NCBI RefSeq assembly: GCF_009935865.1
Contig: NZ_QWEL01000002.1
Location: 344,426 to 408,425, forward strand
Direction of reading: 5' to 3'
DNA from: Odoribacter sp. Z80
GTDB lineage: Bacteria > Bacteroidota > Bacteroidia > Bacteroidales > Marinifilaceae
Length of the DNA stretch: 64,000 nt
The position numbers and the translations under genes are program-made. Position 1 is the stretch's first letter. Every line of letters starts with the position of its first letter. Below the pieces are notes generated by a model. That model had not been told where the DNA came from. It saw only the letters and a program-made list of their open reading frames with translations, and searched no databases. Shown here one piece after another: positions 1-13,542 of this stretch.

Positions 1-847
1 AAATCACGGCCGTCATTGTGGGCTTCTGCCAGCATCGGAAAAGAAACAGCATTAATCGGAGAAGTCATCGCCTCATAAGTAAAATTATAATAACGATTAG
101 CCTGTCCGTAAAAACCAACCTTCACGATACTGTAAAACTTACCCAGCACCAGAGGCAAAAGATTGCCCACCAGCGTTGCGGAAAGCGTTGCCAACGACAG
201 TTTGATACTGAACTTCAGATAGCGCCGGATAGGCTCCCAGTCGAAATAAAACAAAGGCCGCCAGCTTCCGAAACACCACAGCAAAAGGGCTTTCATAAAA
301 TTCAACGCCACCAGCTGGGCAGCCAATGCCCACACCCCATATCCTCCCACACCTAAGGCCAAAGCGACAATACAAGAAAAAACAACAGAAAAAAAGTTGA
401 TTTTAGTAATCTGTTTAAAATTCATACTTTTCATCAGCTGTACATGCTGTACAATCCCCCAGGCATTGAAAAGAAAGGACAGAAAGATAAAACGGGACAA
501 ATCGGTTAAAATTTCTTTTTCATAAAAAAAGGCAATCCAAGGAGAGCAAAAGAAATAAATAACATAAATAGTGGTACTGACCAGGATATTGAAATAAAAA
601 ACCGCAGCATAATCCTTCTGGGAAACTTCCTTCGCCTGAATCAAAGCCGCAGAAAACCCGCTTTCCTGTACAATATTTGCCACTGCGGTAAAAATAGCCA
701 ATACCGCCACCAGGCCGTAATCCTCAACAGAAAGCAAGCGGGCCAGCACGATTCCCACCACAAAAGCCATACCCTGCTGTCCGGCTTTATCCGCCAGACT
801 CCAGATAAACCCGGAAACTGCTTTCCCTTTCAGAGATTTTTCAGCCA
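1..847 (-). CDS. Wzx-like oligosaccharide flippase / polysaccharide biosynthesis protein. The 5' part of the gene is present and the C-terminus runs off the window edge.
   Basis: Not in the ORF track because it is truncated at the edge. Reverse-complement translation from ATG at 847 reads MAEKSLKGKAVSGFIWSLADKAGQQGMAFVVGIVLARLLSVEDYGLVAVLAIFTAVANIVQESGFSAALIQ..., a typical multi-TM Wzx/MATE-like flippase N-terminus. It ends 20 bp upstream of the yfhO stop. Confidence 0.55.
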
Positions 848-867
848 TGTCCTTGCTATTCTCCGGT

Positions 868-3351
868 TTACGACCATTTCCCCCAGCCCAAACCACGGGC
901 CAGCAAACCGGCAAACACCAGCAAAAGAATGGCAGACGTCACAGTCGAAATAATACGGGCCGTAAAATAGGCATCCGGTTCAAAACGGAACTCCACCCGA
1001 TGTTCCCCGGCAGGCACTTCCATTCCCCGCAAAATCCAGTTTGTCCGGAAATGAGGCACTGGTTTCCCGTCTACAAAAGCTTTCCAGCCATGCGGGTAAT
1101 ACACCTCGGAAAAAACCAAAACCCCCGGTTCCTCCGACCGGTATACGTATTCCAAACTATTCGGCTTGTAGGCAGTCAGGACCACCTCTGCCAACGAATC
1201 GGTCTTCAATGACTTTTCACGGATAACATCTGCAAAACGCCGGTCCACCCAAGCAATATCCTTTCCACCTGTTCCGGCAACCGACATCTCCTCGTCTGCA
1301 TTTTCCACCATTCTCACTTCCTTCACAAACCAGGCATTCCCATACGCATAAGGATTCACAACCGGAGCCTGGGAAGGGTCAAAAACGAGATAACGCATAT
1401 TCAGCATATCCAACACCGGAGCAGATTTAAAACTCTCTTGTATACTCTCCAGCCTGCCACTCTTGAAAGACTGACCGACAGCCTGGATTTCAGGCATGAT
1501 TTTCAAATCAATTAACTCCTGATACCGCCTCAATTTAGCTGCACTATACCCGCCGATTGATTTATGAAAATAAGGAATATGGCTTTCATTAAAAGGATTA
1601 TTCAACGACAGCACCCGGTAAGACAAATCCGGGTCCTTCAAAATTATTTTATCGGCCGGAGTAGCCCGGTAAACCTGAGTATAAGTATTTTTCGCAACAA
1701 AATTATCCTTATTCAGATAACGCCGGTCAACCAGCCACAAGTCAAGCAACACGAAAAATACCAATGTCCACGGCAGATATTTTGCCATTTTACTTTCCCG
1801 GTTTTTCACAAAACCGTAAATACAGGCAACAGCTGCCAGGACGAAGAACAGAGAACGTAAAGCGTCTGCCCGCATCAATCCGGCCCGGTCTTCCCGCAAA
1901 GCACTCAGATACCAATCCGGAACCCCCAGATGAGCGTCACTGGCCGACGAAAAATCAAATGGTGTCAATACCATAAACAGCAAACAAACCCCACCCGTAA
2001 TATAAAGCGAGTACAATAAAGGCCTTCTCAACTTTTCCCAACTGATGCCTTTCTGAAAGATTTCCACCAGTCCCCAGACCGCCAGAATCACAAAAGCCAA
2101 TTGCGGAACCACCAAAGCCATGGACACTGTACGGAACTTATTATAATAAGGCAAATAATGAAACAGGAAAGTATTAAAACCGTCAAAATTCCGCCCCCAA
2201 CTCAGACAAATAAAAAACACAACCGCGCCAAAAATCCACCACTTCAAAGGATTACGCACCAACCAAAGAGCCAGCACAAACAAAAAACAAACAATGGCTC
2301 CGAAATACACCGGCCCGGAAGTAAAAGGCTGGTCGCCCCAATAAGTAGCTGTGCGCAAAGGTGAAGGAGCCTGAAACCCCTGGGCTTGCATAGCCTTAGC
2401 CAAATGAGAATCGCGGTCCAAAGTTCCGCCGCTCGCTCCTCCGTAAAAATCCGGAATCAGCAAAGTAAACGTCTCACCCACTCCGTAACTCCAGGCAAAA
2501 GCATAATCCTTATCCAAACCGCCCGATTTATCCGTTTTCCCGTCCACAGCATGGGAAAGTTCCGACTTCCCCCGTATACTCTCATGCGAACTCTCATAAT
2601 TGGCATACAGATTACCCAGATTACACAACGCCGCCAACACAACAGCTACAAACAGGGTCGAGAAAGTACAAACCAAAGGCCTCCAGGCCCTCTCCCGAAG
2701 ATAAGAAAGCGCATATCCCACAAAAACAATAAAACAAAAAAGTGTAAGATAATAAGTAATCTGCACATGATTGCTTTTTATCTGCAAAGCCAAAGCAAAG
2801 GCAAACAGACTACCTCCCCAGAGATAATTTCTTTTCAATACCAGCCAAAAACCCGCAAACACCAAAGGCATATAGGCCATGGCCCAGGCCTTGGTGATAT
2901 GGCCCGCCTCCAGAATAATTATACTGTAAGAAGAAAAAGAAAAAGCAATCGCCCCCAAGACTGCCACCGGAATCTTTGCCCCCATGAGAAGCAAAAGCAG
3001 ATAACAGCAAAGCATCGCCATGAACACCACACCTATATCCTTACTGCCCAAAGCCTTAAAAGGCCTTTCAACCACATCCAGCAAATTCACTGTTCCACCC
3101 CACACACCGATAGTATAAGCCGGCATACCGGAAAACATCGAACCGGTCCAGGCCGAGGATTTCCCCTCCTTCTGATAATATTCCCTCAGCTCCTGAGACA
3201 TGCCCATAAACTTCTCCACATCTCCCTGATGAATCTCCTTCCCGTCTAATGCCGGAGCAAAATAAACCATCGCAAGCACCAGAAAAAGCAACACGACAAC
3301 AACGTGAGGACGGACCAACTTCCAGAAATCCACGATCGAAAAAGCCTTCAT
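868..3351 (-). CDS. YfhO family integral membrane protein, a large polytopic protein.
   Basis: 827-aa ORF with many hydrophobic segments spread along its whole length. The size and topology are typical of Bacteroidetes YfhO proteins. Confidence 0.65.
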   Translation of the reverse strand: MKAFSIVDFWKLVRPHVVVVLLFLVLAMVYFAPALDGKEIHQGDVEKFMGMSQELREYYQKEGKSSAWTGSMFSGMPAYTIGVWGGTVNLLDVVERPFKALGSKDIGVVFMAMLCCYLLLLLMGAKIPVAVLGAIAFSFSSYSIIILEAGHITKAWAMAYMPLVFAGFWLVLKRNYLWGGSLFAFALALQIKSNHVQITYYLTLFCFIVFVGYALSYLRERAWRPLVCTFSTLFVAVVLAALCNLGNLYANYESSHESIRGKSELSHAVDGKTDKSGGLDKDYAFAWSYGVGETFTLLIPDFYGGASGGTLDRDSHLAKAMQAQGFQAPSPLRTATYWGDQPFTSGPVYFGAIVCFLFVLALWLVRNPLKWWIFGAVVFFICLSWGRNFDGFNTFLFHYLPYYNKFRTVSMALVVPQLAFVILAVWGLVEIFQKGISWEKLRRPLLYSLYITGGVCLLFMVLTPFDFSSASDAHLGVPDWYLSALREDRAGLMRADALRSLFFVLAAVACIYGFVKNRESKMAKYLPWTLVFFVLLDLWLVDRRYLNKDNFVAKNTYTQVYRATPADKIILKDPDLSYRVLSLNNPFNESHIPYFHKSIGGYSAAKLRRYQELIDLKIMPEIQAVGQSFKSGRLESIQESFKSAPVLDMLNMRYLVFDPSQAPVVNPYAYGNAWFVKEVRMVENADEEMSVAGTGGKDIAWVDRRFADVIREKSLKTDSLAEVVLTAYKPNSLEYVYRSEEPGVLVFSEVYYPHGWKAFVDGKPVPHFRTNWILRGMEVPAGEHRVEFRFEPDAYFTARIISTVTSAILLLVFAGLLARGLGWGKWS

Positions 3352-3437
3352 ACCTTATGACAATATAATTTTTAATAAATCAACAATATACACTTCCAGA
3401 CAAAGGTATAACATTCCCCGGAAAAACCATAACCGGT

Positions 3438-4694
3438 CTACTGCATCAAATCCGGAGTCGTATCTACCCATTTGTAAAGTTTATCCCCCCGGCGGATTTT
3501 CTCAGTCACCGGCATAGAAAACAAAGCTCCCTTTTCCACCCGTTGCACAGGCTCCAGGTCCAGACGCAGTTCCCGGACTTTTATCTCAAGCGTTCCGGTG
3601 GTCGGACCCTGAATCAGAATATCTTCGCCCACCTGCAAATCAAAAGACTCTATCTTAAACTCACCCACCTGCAAATTGCTGAAATAATTGGTCACTTTCC
3701 CCAGCAGGACTTTTTTCTTGGTAGCCTTAGAACCATACACCTCACTCCACTCCCCCAACCGCTGGCCCAAATAATAGCCATCCCAGAAACCCCGGTTAAA
3801 AACGGTAGCCAAACGGGCCTTCCAGCCTTCAATTTTATCTGCCGAATAGCTCCCGTCCACATACGCCGTAACCGCCTCATTATAACATTCGCACACTGTC
3901 CTCACATACTCCGCCGACCGGGCACGCCCTTCTATCTTAAAAACCCGGACTCCGGCATCAGCCATCTTATTGATAAACCCAACCGTACAAAGGTCCTTGG
4001 GCGACATAATATACTCATTTTCAATGTCCAGCTCCACCTCATTTTCCCGGTCCTTCACCGTATAAGCCCGGCGGCAAATCTGGTAACAAGCCCCCCGGTT
4101 GGCAGAAGCATTCTTCTCATGCAGGCTCAGATAACACTTACCTGACACCGCCATACACAAAGCTCCATGAGCAAACATTTCAATCTGAACCAATCCCCCC
4201 TTCGGGCCACGCAAATCATGCTCCACAATCTGCCGGTGAATCTCCGACACCTGCTCCAGCGACACCTCCCGGGCCAACACAACCACATCCGCATACCGGG
4301 CAAGAAAACGCAATGCCTCGTAATTTGCAATGTTGCATTGAGTACTGATATGCACCTCCATACCTATCGAATGAGCATAAAGTATGGCAGCCAGGTCCGA
4401 AGCAATCACAGCAGTCAGCCCGGCTTCCTTCGCACACCCTATCACCCGGCGCATCTTCTCCAGCTCATGATTATAAATCACCGTATTGACGGTTAAATAA
4501 GTCTTAACGCCCTTCTCCGAACATATTGCAGCCACACGTTTTAAATCGTCCAATGTAAAATTAGCCGAAGAACGCGCCCGCATATTCAATCCTTCCACAC
4601 CGAAATAAACAGAATCGGCTCCGCCCTGCAAAGCAGCATATAAAGATTCATAAGAACCCACCGGAGCCATTATCTCAAAATCTTTTCTCGTCAT
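3438..4694 (-). CDS. U32 family peptidase (collagenase-like).
   Basis: 418-aa ORF beginning MTRKDFEIMAPVGSYESLYAALQGGADSVYFGVEGLNMRARS..., a U32 peptidase hallmark. Confidence 0.8.
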   Translation of the reverse strand: MTRKDFEIMAPVGSYESLYAALQGGADSVYFGVEGLNMRARSSANFTLDDLKRVAAICSEKGVKTYLTVNTVIYNHELEKMRRVIGCAKEAGLTAVIASDLAAILYAHSIGMEVHISTQCNIANYEALRFLARYADVVVLAREVSLEQVSEIHRQIVEHDLRGPKGGLVQIEMFAHGALCMAVSGKCYLSLHEKNASANRGACYQICRRAYTVKDRENEVELDIENEYIMSPKDLCTVGFINKMADAGVRVFKIEGRARSAEYVRTVCECYNEAVTAYVDGSYSADKIEGWKARLATVFNRGFWDGYYLGQRLGEWSEVYGSKATKKKVLLGKVTNYFSNLQVGEFKIESFDLQVGEDILIQGPTTGTLEIKVRELRLDLEPVQRVEKGALFSMPVTEKIRRGDKLYKWVDTTPDLMQ

Positions 4695-4890
4695 GATTTT
4701 TCATATCAATATTAATCCCCTACGGAACGACAAAGTTAGATTTAATCCTGAAAATCCGAAAACAATCATACATCTAACCTTCATCACAAACCTCAGAACA
4801 TCCGGTGAAGAATTTAAAACAGCCTCCGTTCCGTATCATTTTTTTTTCTATATTTGCTCGGTCAAGGAATTAACAAAACAAAAGAAACCC

Positions 4891-5454
4891 ATGAACGAGG
4901 AAGTAAAAATGTATATGGACGAAGCAAAAGAACTGATGCAAAACGCAATTGTCCATCTTGAAAACGAACTGGCAAAAATCAGGGCCGGAAAAGCCAATCC
5001 CAAAATCCTGAACGATGTATTGGTAGACTATTACGGCACCCCGACCCCCCTCTCCCAGGTCGCTAACATCACAGTTCCCGATCCCCGTACCATCGCCGTC
5101 CAGCCCTGGGAAAAAAGCATGCTGGCTCCCATCCAGAAAGCCATCATGGTAGCCAACCTGGGATTCAACCCGGACAACAATGGGGAAATAGTCCGCATAA
5201 ACGTTCCGCCATTAACCGAAGAACGAAGAAAAGAACTGGTAAAACAATCCAAAGGTGTTGGTGAAAATGCAAAAGTAAGCATCCGTAACGCACGACGCGA
5301 CGCCATTGACGAATTCAAGAAAATGGTAAAAGACGGACTTCCCGAAGATGTATCAAAAGATGCAGAAGCCGAAATTCAGAAAATGACGGACAGCTATAAC
5401 AAAAAAGTAGAAGATATCCTCATCCAGAAAGAAAAAGACATCATGACCATCTGA
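4891..5454 (+). CDS. frr: Ribosome recycling factor.
   Basis: Internal start MNEEVKMYMDEAKELMQNAIVHLENELAKIRAGKANPKILNDVLVDYYGTPTPLSQVANITVPD... at ATG 4891. The longer track ORF (from 4693) is an upstream extension with no RRF-like sequence. Confidence 0.9.
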   Translation: MNEEVKMYMDEAKELMQNAIVHLENELAKIRAGKANPKILNDVLVDYYGTPTPLSQVANITVPDPRTIAVQPWEKSMLAPIQKAIMVANLGFNPDNNGEIVRINVPPLTEERRKELVKQSKGVGENAKVSIRNARRDAIDEFKKMVKDGLPEDVSKDAEAEIQKMTDSYNKKVEDILIQKEKDIMTI

Positions 5455-5503
5455 CACCGTCCGATGATCTGTAAATATAGGATTATCCCGAATGACAAAA
5501 AAA

Positions 5504-5545
5504 CGAGGGCGCCCGATTCATACCGGACGCCCTTATTTCATTCAA
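5504..5545 (+). terminator. Candidate intrinsic terminator between the convergent genes frr and kdsB.
   Basis: GGGCG...CGCCC stem with an inner CCG/CGG extension (gagggcgcccgattcataccggacgccctt), followed by a T-rich tract (ttatttcatt). Confidence 0.4.
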
Positions 5546-5557
5546 ACAAAATTCAAA

Positions 5558-6307
5558 TCACAAACAGTAAAACGCATTCGCACGCTCCAAATCTTCCGGA
5601 GTATCTATCCCGATAGATTCGTGCTCTGTCAATCTCACGGCTATCGTATATCCGTTTTCCAGCCAACGCAACTGCTCCAGCGATTCCGCCTTTTCCAGTA
5701 CGCCCTGCGGCAAAGCCGTAATCTCCTTCAACACCTCCGGACGATAAGCATACATCCCGACATGCTTATAAAAACCGGTTGCAGACAACCAACAATCCGG
5801 TTCTGTTCCCCGGCAATAAGGAATTGCCGAACGGGAAAAATAAAGGGCTGTCTGCCGCGCAGAACACACGACCTTCACCTTATTAGGGTCAAATACATCC
5901 GCACTGCTTTCAAACTGCTTGGCCAGTGTGGCAATCTGAATCCGGGAATCTTCAAAACAAGCAACCAGAGACCTGACCTGCTCCGGCAAAATAAAAGGTT
6001 CATCCCCCTGTATATTCACCACAACATCGTAAGACCTTTTATTCCGGGCCACAACGTGCTGGTAAGCTTCAAAACAACGGTCCGTACCGCTTTTATGATT
6101 CTCGGAAGTCATTACCGCATGCCCGCCGAACGCTTCCACCCGTTCGAAAATACGGGTATCATCCGTCGCAACAAACACATCCTCCGCAACAGAAGATGCC
6201 TTCTCCACCACATGCTGTATCACCGGCCGGCCACCTATTTCTGCCAAAGGCTTCCCCGGGAAACGGGTTGAAGCATAACGAGCCGGAATCAATATCAAAA
6301 CCCTCAT
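5558..6307 (-). CDS. kdsB: 3-deoxy-manno-octulosonate cytidylyltransferase (CMP-Kdo synthetase).
   Basis: MRVLILIPARYASTRFPGKPLAEIGGRPVIQHVVEKA... with a length of about 249 aa. Confidence 0.85.
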   Translation of the reverse strand: MRVLILIPARYASTRFPGKPLAEIGGRPVIQHVVEKASSVAEDVFVATDDTRIFERVEAFGGHAVMTSENHKSGTDRCFEAYQHVVARNKRSYDVVVNIQGDEPFILPEQVRSLVACFEDSRIQIATLAKQFESSADVFDPNKVKVVCSARQTALYFSRSAIPYCRGTEPDCWLSATGFYKHVGMYAYRPEVLKEITALPQGVLEKAESLEQLRWLENGYTIAVRLTEHESIGIDTPEDLERANAFYCL

Positions 6308-6325
6308 ACCCGAACTACGAATAAA

Positions 6326-6697
6326 TCACTCCTTTGCAGGTTCCCGGCTCTCCTTCTTCGACATCTGGCAATTCCCGTTAAATATCACACCCGGCTCAAT
6401 AGAGACAACACCCGATGCGATATTGCCCATCACCCGGGCCGGAGATTTCAGAGCCACAGCCCCCGAAGCCAGAATATCACCAATCACCACACCCTGCACA
6501 TCCACATTAGTACAATCTATATTCCCTTCGATCTTCGCCGTACTACCAACCACCAACCGGCCGGAAGTAATAATCTTCCCCTTAATAATCCCATCAATAC
6601 GAAGATCATTCTTCGTTTTAATATCACCCACAATCATAGTGCCTTCGCACAACAAATTAACGGCATTACCCGGATTCTCTTTGCTCATAATAATCAC
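6326..6697 (-). CDS. Bactofilin family protein.
   Basis: Reads ...IDGIIKGKIITSGRLVVGSTAKIEGNIDCTNVDVQGVVIGDILASGAVALKSPARVMGNIASGVVSIEPGVIFNGNC... The sequence is predicted beta-helix repeat throughout. Confidence 0.6.
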   Translation of the reverse strand: MIIMSKENPGNAVNLLCEGTMIVGDIKTKNDLRIDGIIKGKIITSGRLVVGSTAKIEGNIDCTNVDVQGVVIGDILASGAVALKSPARVMGNIASGVVSIEPGVIFNGNCQMSKKESREPAKE

Positions 6698-6702
6698 CTG
6701 AT

Positions 6703-7053
6703 TTACTTCGATGTATTCTTTAATTTTAATCCTTTCTCAATCCTTGCACCAGGAGTGATTTCAAGGCAAGCTGTAATCAGTCCGCCTTCAATCAACGCAC
6801 TCGCCCCCATTACGGCCCGCCGGATAGCACATACATTGCCCGTAATACGACCGTTCACATACAATTCGCTGCAATTCACCTCCCCTTCAATCACACCCGC
6901 TTTATTAATCACCACCCGTTTTGCTCCGCACACACTGCCACAAATCACCCCCTCCACACAAATATCTTCTTCCGACTCCATACTCCCGTCAATCCTGGCA
7001 TCTGCCATAATACGGTTGCCCTCAAAAGGAATATCAAAACGCTCTTGGTCCAT
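6703..7053 (-). CDS. Bactofilin family protein, a second tandem copy.
   Basis: RIDGSMESEEDICVEGVICGSVCGAKRVVINKAGVIEGEVNCSELYVNGRITGNVCAIRRAVMGASALIEGGLITA... It lies 5 bp upstream of the first bactofilin. Confidence 0.55.
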   Translation of the reverse strand: MDQERFDIPFEGNRIMADARIDGSMESEEDICVEGVICGSVCGAKRVVINKAGVIEGEVNCSELYVNGRITGNVCAIRRAVMGASALIEGGLITACLEITPGARIEKGLKLKNTSK

Positions 7054-7125
7054 AAATTCAAAATTCTTTCCGAAGATATAACAAGAATTTGAAATAAAAA
7101 AATCCCTTATTTACAAATCCCTCTC

Positions 7126-10221
<3,096 letters not shown>

Positions 10222-10271
10222 TTAGTGTGAATGATTTACAAAAATACAACTTCCCTACGACACATACCGCC

Positions 10272-11690
10272 TCATTCCATATAACTGGAATTATCCCAGC
10301 AATGCGTACAAAGGTCCTCTTTCGGCAAACCGATAGCAGCCACCAGATCATCCAAACGCTGAAACTGCAAAGAATCCAACTGCAAATGCTGACACATCAC
10401 CCGAACCATCTCCTTATACTTTTCCGTGTCCGGATCCGAATATGGCTTCAGGATTTCCTCCGTCAACTCCGAAGTTCCCTCCAGATCGCGGATAACCCGG
10501 CGGGCAAATAAATCAAACGTAGAACGGGAAGTCGAAAAATTCAAAAAACAACAGGGATAAACCAACGGCGGACAAGCAATGCGGATATGCACTTCTTTCA
10601 CTCCGCACTCCCTCAGCTTCACTACATTATCTTTCAACTGAGTACCCCGCACAATGGAATCATCCAAAAAAACAATCCGCGCATCCCGGGTAAAGGCTTC
10701 ATTGGGCAACAACTTCATTTTAGCCACCAAATCACGCATATTCTGATTTTGCGGCATAAAACTGCGGGGCCATGTAGGCGTATATTTCACAAAAGGGCGT
10801 TTATAAGGAATCCCTTTGGCATTCGAATAACCAATAGCATGCCCCACTCCCGAATCCGGAATACCGGCAGCAAAATCAGGTGTCAAATCATCCCGGCGGG
10901 CCATCGCCGCTCCGCAACGATAACGCGCATCTTCCACATTGATCCCTTCATAATAAGCAGAAGGATAACCGTAATACACCCACAAAAAAGAACAGATCTG
11001 CTTACGCCTGCCGGCAGCAATAATCGGAGTAATACCGTCCTTCGAAATACGCACAGCCTCATGCGGTCCCAAATCCCGGACAATAGAATACCCCAGATTA
11101 GTAAAAGAAGAGCTCTCACTCGCCACCACATATCCGAACTCATTTTTACCGACAATAATAGGCGTCCGGCCGAATTTATCACGGGCTGCATACACACAAC
11201 TGTCCGTCAGCACCAAAAAAGAACAGGAACCTTTAACCGTGCGGTATACATTCTCAATTCCCTCCTTAAACGTCTCCCCCTTATTAATCAAAATACTGAC
11301 AACTTCCGTAGGATTAATCAAAGAGCCGGACATCTCCGCAAAATGAATTTTCTCATCCAGCAACTGGTCCGTAATTTCCTGCAAATTATCAATCCGCCCG
11401 ACAGTCACCACCGCAAAACGACCCAAATGCGAAGTCACGGTTATCGGCTGCGATTCCATATCACTAATCACCCCGATTCCAAGGTTAGAACCGATAAAAC
11501 GCTCCAGTTCCGGCTCAAACTTATTCCGGAAATAAGCACTTTCTATACTATGGATGGAACGCACAAACTCATTGCCGTTATAAAACGCCATACCTGCCTT
11601 CTTCGTCCCCAGATGTGAATGATAATCGGTGCCATAAAAAACATCAGCAACACATTCCTTGCGCGACACACAGCCAAAAAATCCGCTCAT
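10272..11690 (-). CDS. Amidophosphoribosyltransferase-like protein (class-II glutamine amidotransferase + PRTase), Bacteroidetes type.
   Basis: Starts MSGFFGCVSRKECVADVFYGTDYHSHLGTKKAGMAFY... at ATG 11690. A C-terminal PRTase-type segment (VFLDDSIVRGTQ) is present. The track ORF extends 21 codons further upstream. Confidence 0.7.
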   Translation of the reverse strand: MSGFFGCVSRKECVADVFYGTDYHSHLGTKKAGMAFYNGNEFVRSIHSIESAYFRNKFEPELERFIGSNLGIGVISDMESQPITVTSHLGRFAVVTVGRIDNLQEITDQLLDEKIHFAEMSGSLINPTEVVSILINKGETFKEGIENVYRTVKGSCSFLVLTDSCVYAARDKFGRTPIIVGKNEFGYVVASESSSFTNLGYSIVRDLGPHEAVRISKDGITPIIAAGRRKQICSFLWVYYGYPSAYYEGINVEDARYRCGAAMARRDDLTPDFAAGIPDSGVGHAIGYSNAKGIPYKRPFVKYTPTWPRSFMPQNQNMRDLVAKMKLLPNEAFTRDARIVFLDDSIVRGTQLKDNVVKLRECGVKEVHIRIACPPLVYPCCFLNFSTSRSTFDLFARRVIRDLEGTSELTEEILKPYSDPDTEKYKEMVRVMCQHLQLDSLQFQRLDDLVAAIGLPKEDLCTHCWDNSSYME

Positions 11691-11826
11691 ATTAATTTTT
11701 ACCAATAGATTTAGGCTGACAAAATTATAAAAAAGCACAAAAGGACAAAGCACAAACCCTACAATGTTTCCGAAATATATTTCTCCATTTTAAGATTTTT
11801 TATAATTTTGCAGTTCATTTAAATGT

Positions 11827-13524
11827 GTGCTTACCATGATGCGGATTGACTTTCATCCGGTAATATCGGATACCATCAAAAATTATACGAAAGAAAAATT
11901 TCTGGCAGACCTCATGGCCGGAATCATTGTCGGAATCGTAGCCCTGCCTCTGGCCATTGCCTTCGGTATAGCTTCAGGAGTCAGTCCGGAACAAGGTTTA
12001 ATCACCGCCATCATTGCCGGGTTTCTCATCTCCTTCCTCGGAGGCAGTAGCGTACAGATCGGAGGGCCCACCGGAGCCTTTATCATCATCGTCTACGGAA
12101 TTATCCAGCAATTCGGAATAGAAGGCTTAGCCATCGCAACGGTAATGGCCGGAATCATGCTCGTGCTGATGGGCGTATTCAAACTCGGTACGATCATCCG
12201 GTTTATCCCCTATCCCATTGTAGTCGGATTCACCAGTGGTATCGCACTCACCATTTTTACCACCCAAATCAAAGACCTCTTCGGGCTGACAATGGAAAAA
12301 GTACCGGCAGACTTTATCTCCAAATGGATAGCCTATTTCCAGAGCTTCGGCACAACAAACTGGATTGCTTTAGCCGTAGGAGTGGGAAGTGTACTGCTAA
12401 TCCTGATCACTCCCCGCTTTTCAAAAAAAATACCAGGGTCCCTGATTGCTATTGTTGTCATGACAATTGTCAGCTATTTGCTGCGCCACCATCTGGGAAT
12501 CAGCGGACTGGAGACTATCGGAGACCGCTTTGAAATCAAAGCCAGCCTGCCTCTGCCCAATAGTTTGAATTTCAACATCGAAACCATCAACCAATTACTT
12601 CCGGCAGCCTTTACCATTGCCATTCTGGGAGCCATCGAATCTTTGCTATCTGCTACGGTAGCCGACGGAGTGACCGGTACAAAACACAACTCCAACACCG
12701 AATTGATTGCCCAGGGTGCTGCCAACATCGTCGTGCCGTTCTTCGGAGGAATTCCGGCTACGGGTGCCATTGCCAGAACCATGACCAACATCAACAACGG
12801 AGGGCGTACTCCCATTGCCGGACTAATTCATGCCGTAGTCCTGCTGCTCATCTTATTGTTTCTCGGCCCTCTTACCAAACACATCCCAATGGCCTGCCTT
12901 GCCGGGGTACTCGTCATTGTTTCCTACAATATGAGCGAATGGCGTACTTTTAAATCCCTGATGAAAAACTCCAAATCAGATGTGGCCGTTCTGCTGACCA
13001 CTTTTCTGTTAACGGTGATTTTCGATCTGACTATCGCCATAGAAATCGGATTACTGCTGGCTCTGGTACTCTTCATGAAACGGGTGAGCGAAGTAACCCG
13101 CATTACAGTCTCCAAAGAACAATTAGACCTCTCCCATGAAGGAGAAATCCTCCACGAAGAAGAAAAACTGATTGTTCCTCAGGAAGTCGAGGTATACGAA
13201 ATCGACGGACCGTTTTTCTTCGGGGTCGCCAACAAGTTTGACGAATGCATGAAAACCATCGGTGATAAGCCCCGGGTCCGGATTATCCGCATGCGCAAAG
13301 TTCCCTTTATGGACACCACCGGTCTCCACAATCTCGAAAGCCTTGTCCGGCTTTCTGAAAAAGAAAAAATCAGGATTATCCTCTCCGGCGTCAACGAACG
13401 CGTTCACGAAACGCTCCGGAAATCCGGTTTTGCCCGGATGATAGGAGAAGAAAACATCTGCAGTAACATACACGAAGCCCTGAAACGTAGCGAAACACTG
13501 GTCAGCCAGCATTCCGCCTCCTGA
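11827..13524 (+). CDS. SulP family inorganic anion transporter with a C-terminal STAS domain.
   Basis: 565-aa ORF. Transmembrane core with LADLMAGIIVGIVALPLAIAFGIASGV and a C-terminal STAS-like region. Confidence 0.85.
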   Translation: MLTMMRIDFHPVISDTIKNYTKEKFLADLMAGIIVGIVALPLAIAFGIASGVSPEQGLITAIIAGFLISFLGGSSVQIGGPTGAFIIIVYGIIQQFGIEGLAIATVMAGIMLVLMGVFKLGTIIRFIPYPIVVGFTSGIALTIFTTQIKDLFGLTMEKVPADFISKWIAYFQSFGTTNWIALAVGVGSVLLILITPRFSKKIPGSLIAIVVMTIVSYLLRHHLGISGLETIGDRFEIKASLPLPNSLNFNIETINQLLPAAFTIAILGAIESLLSATVADGVTGTKHNSNTELIAQGAANIVVPFFGGIPATGAIARTMTNINNGGRTPIAGLIHAVVLLLILLFLGPLTKHIPMACLAGVLVIVSYNMSEWRTFKSLMKNSKSDVAVLLTTFLLTVIFDLTIAIEIGLLLALVLFMKRVSEVTRITVSKEQLDLSHEGEILHEEEKLIVPQEVEVYEIDGPFFFGVANKFDECMKTIGDKPRVRIIRMRKVPFMDTTGLHNLESLVRLSEKEKIRIILSGVNERVHETLRKSGFARMIGEENICSNIHEALKRSETLVSQHSAS

Positions 13525-13542
13525 ATTAACTGCCATTAGAAT

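Noticed and set aside
2386-3249. A 287-aa plus-strand ORF antisense to yfhO, and a similar 343-aa ORF (10587-11618) antisense to the purF-like gene.
   Set aside because: These are shadow ORFs with biased H/R/Q/K-rich composition that lie inside well-supported genes on the other strand.
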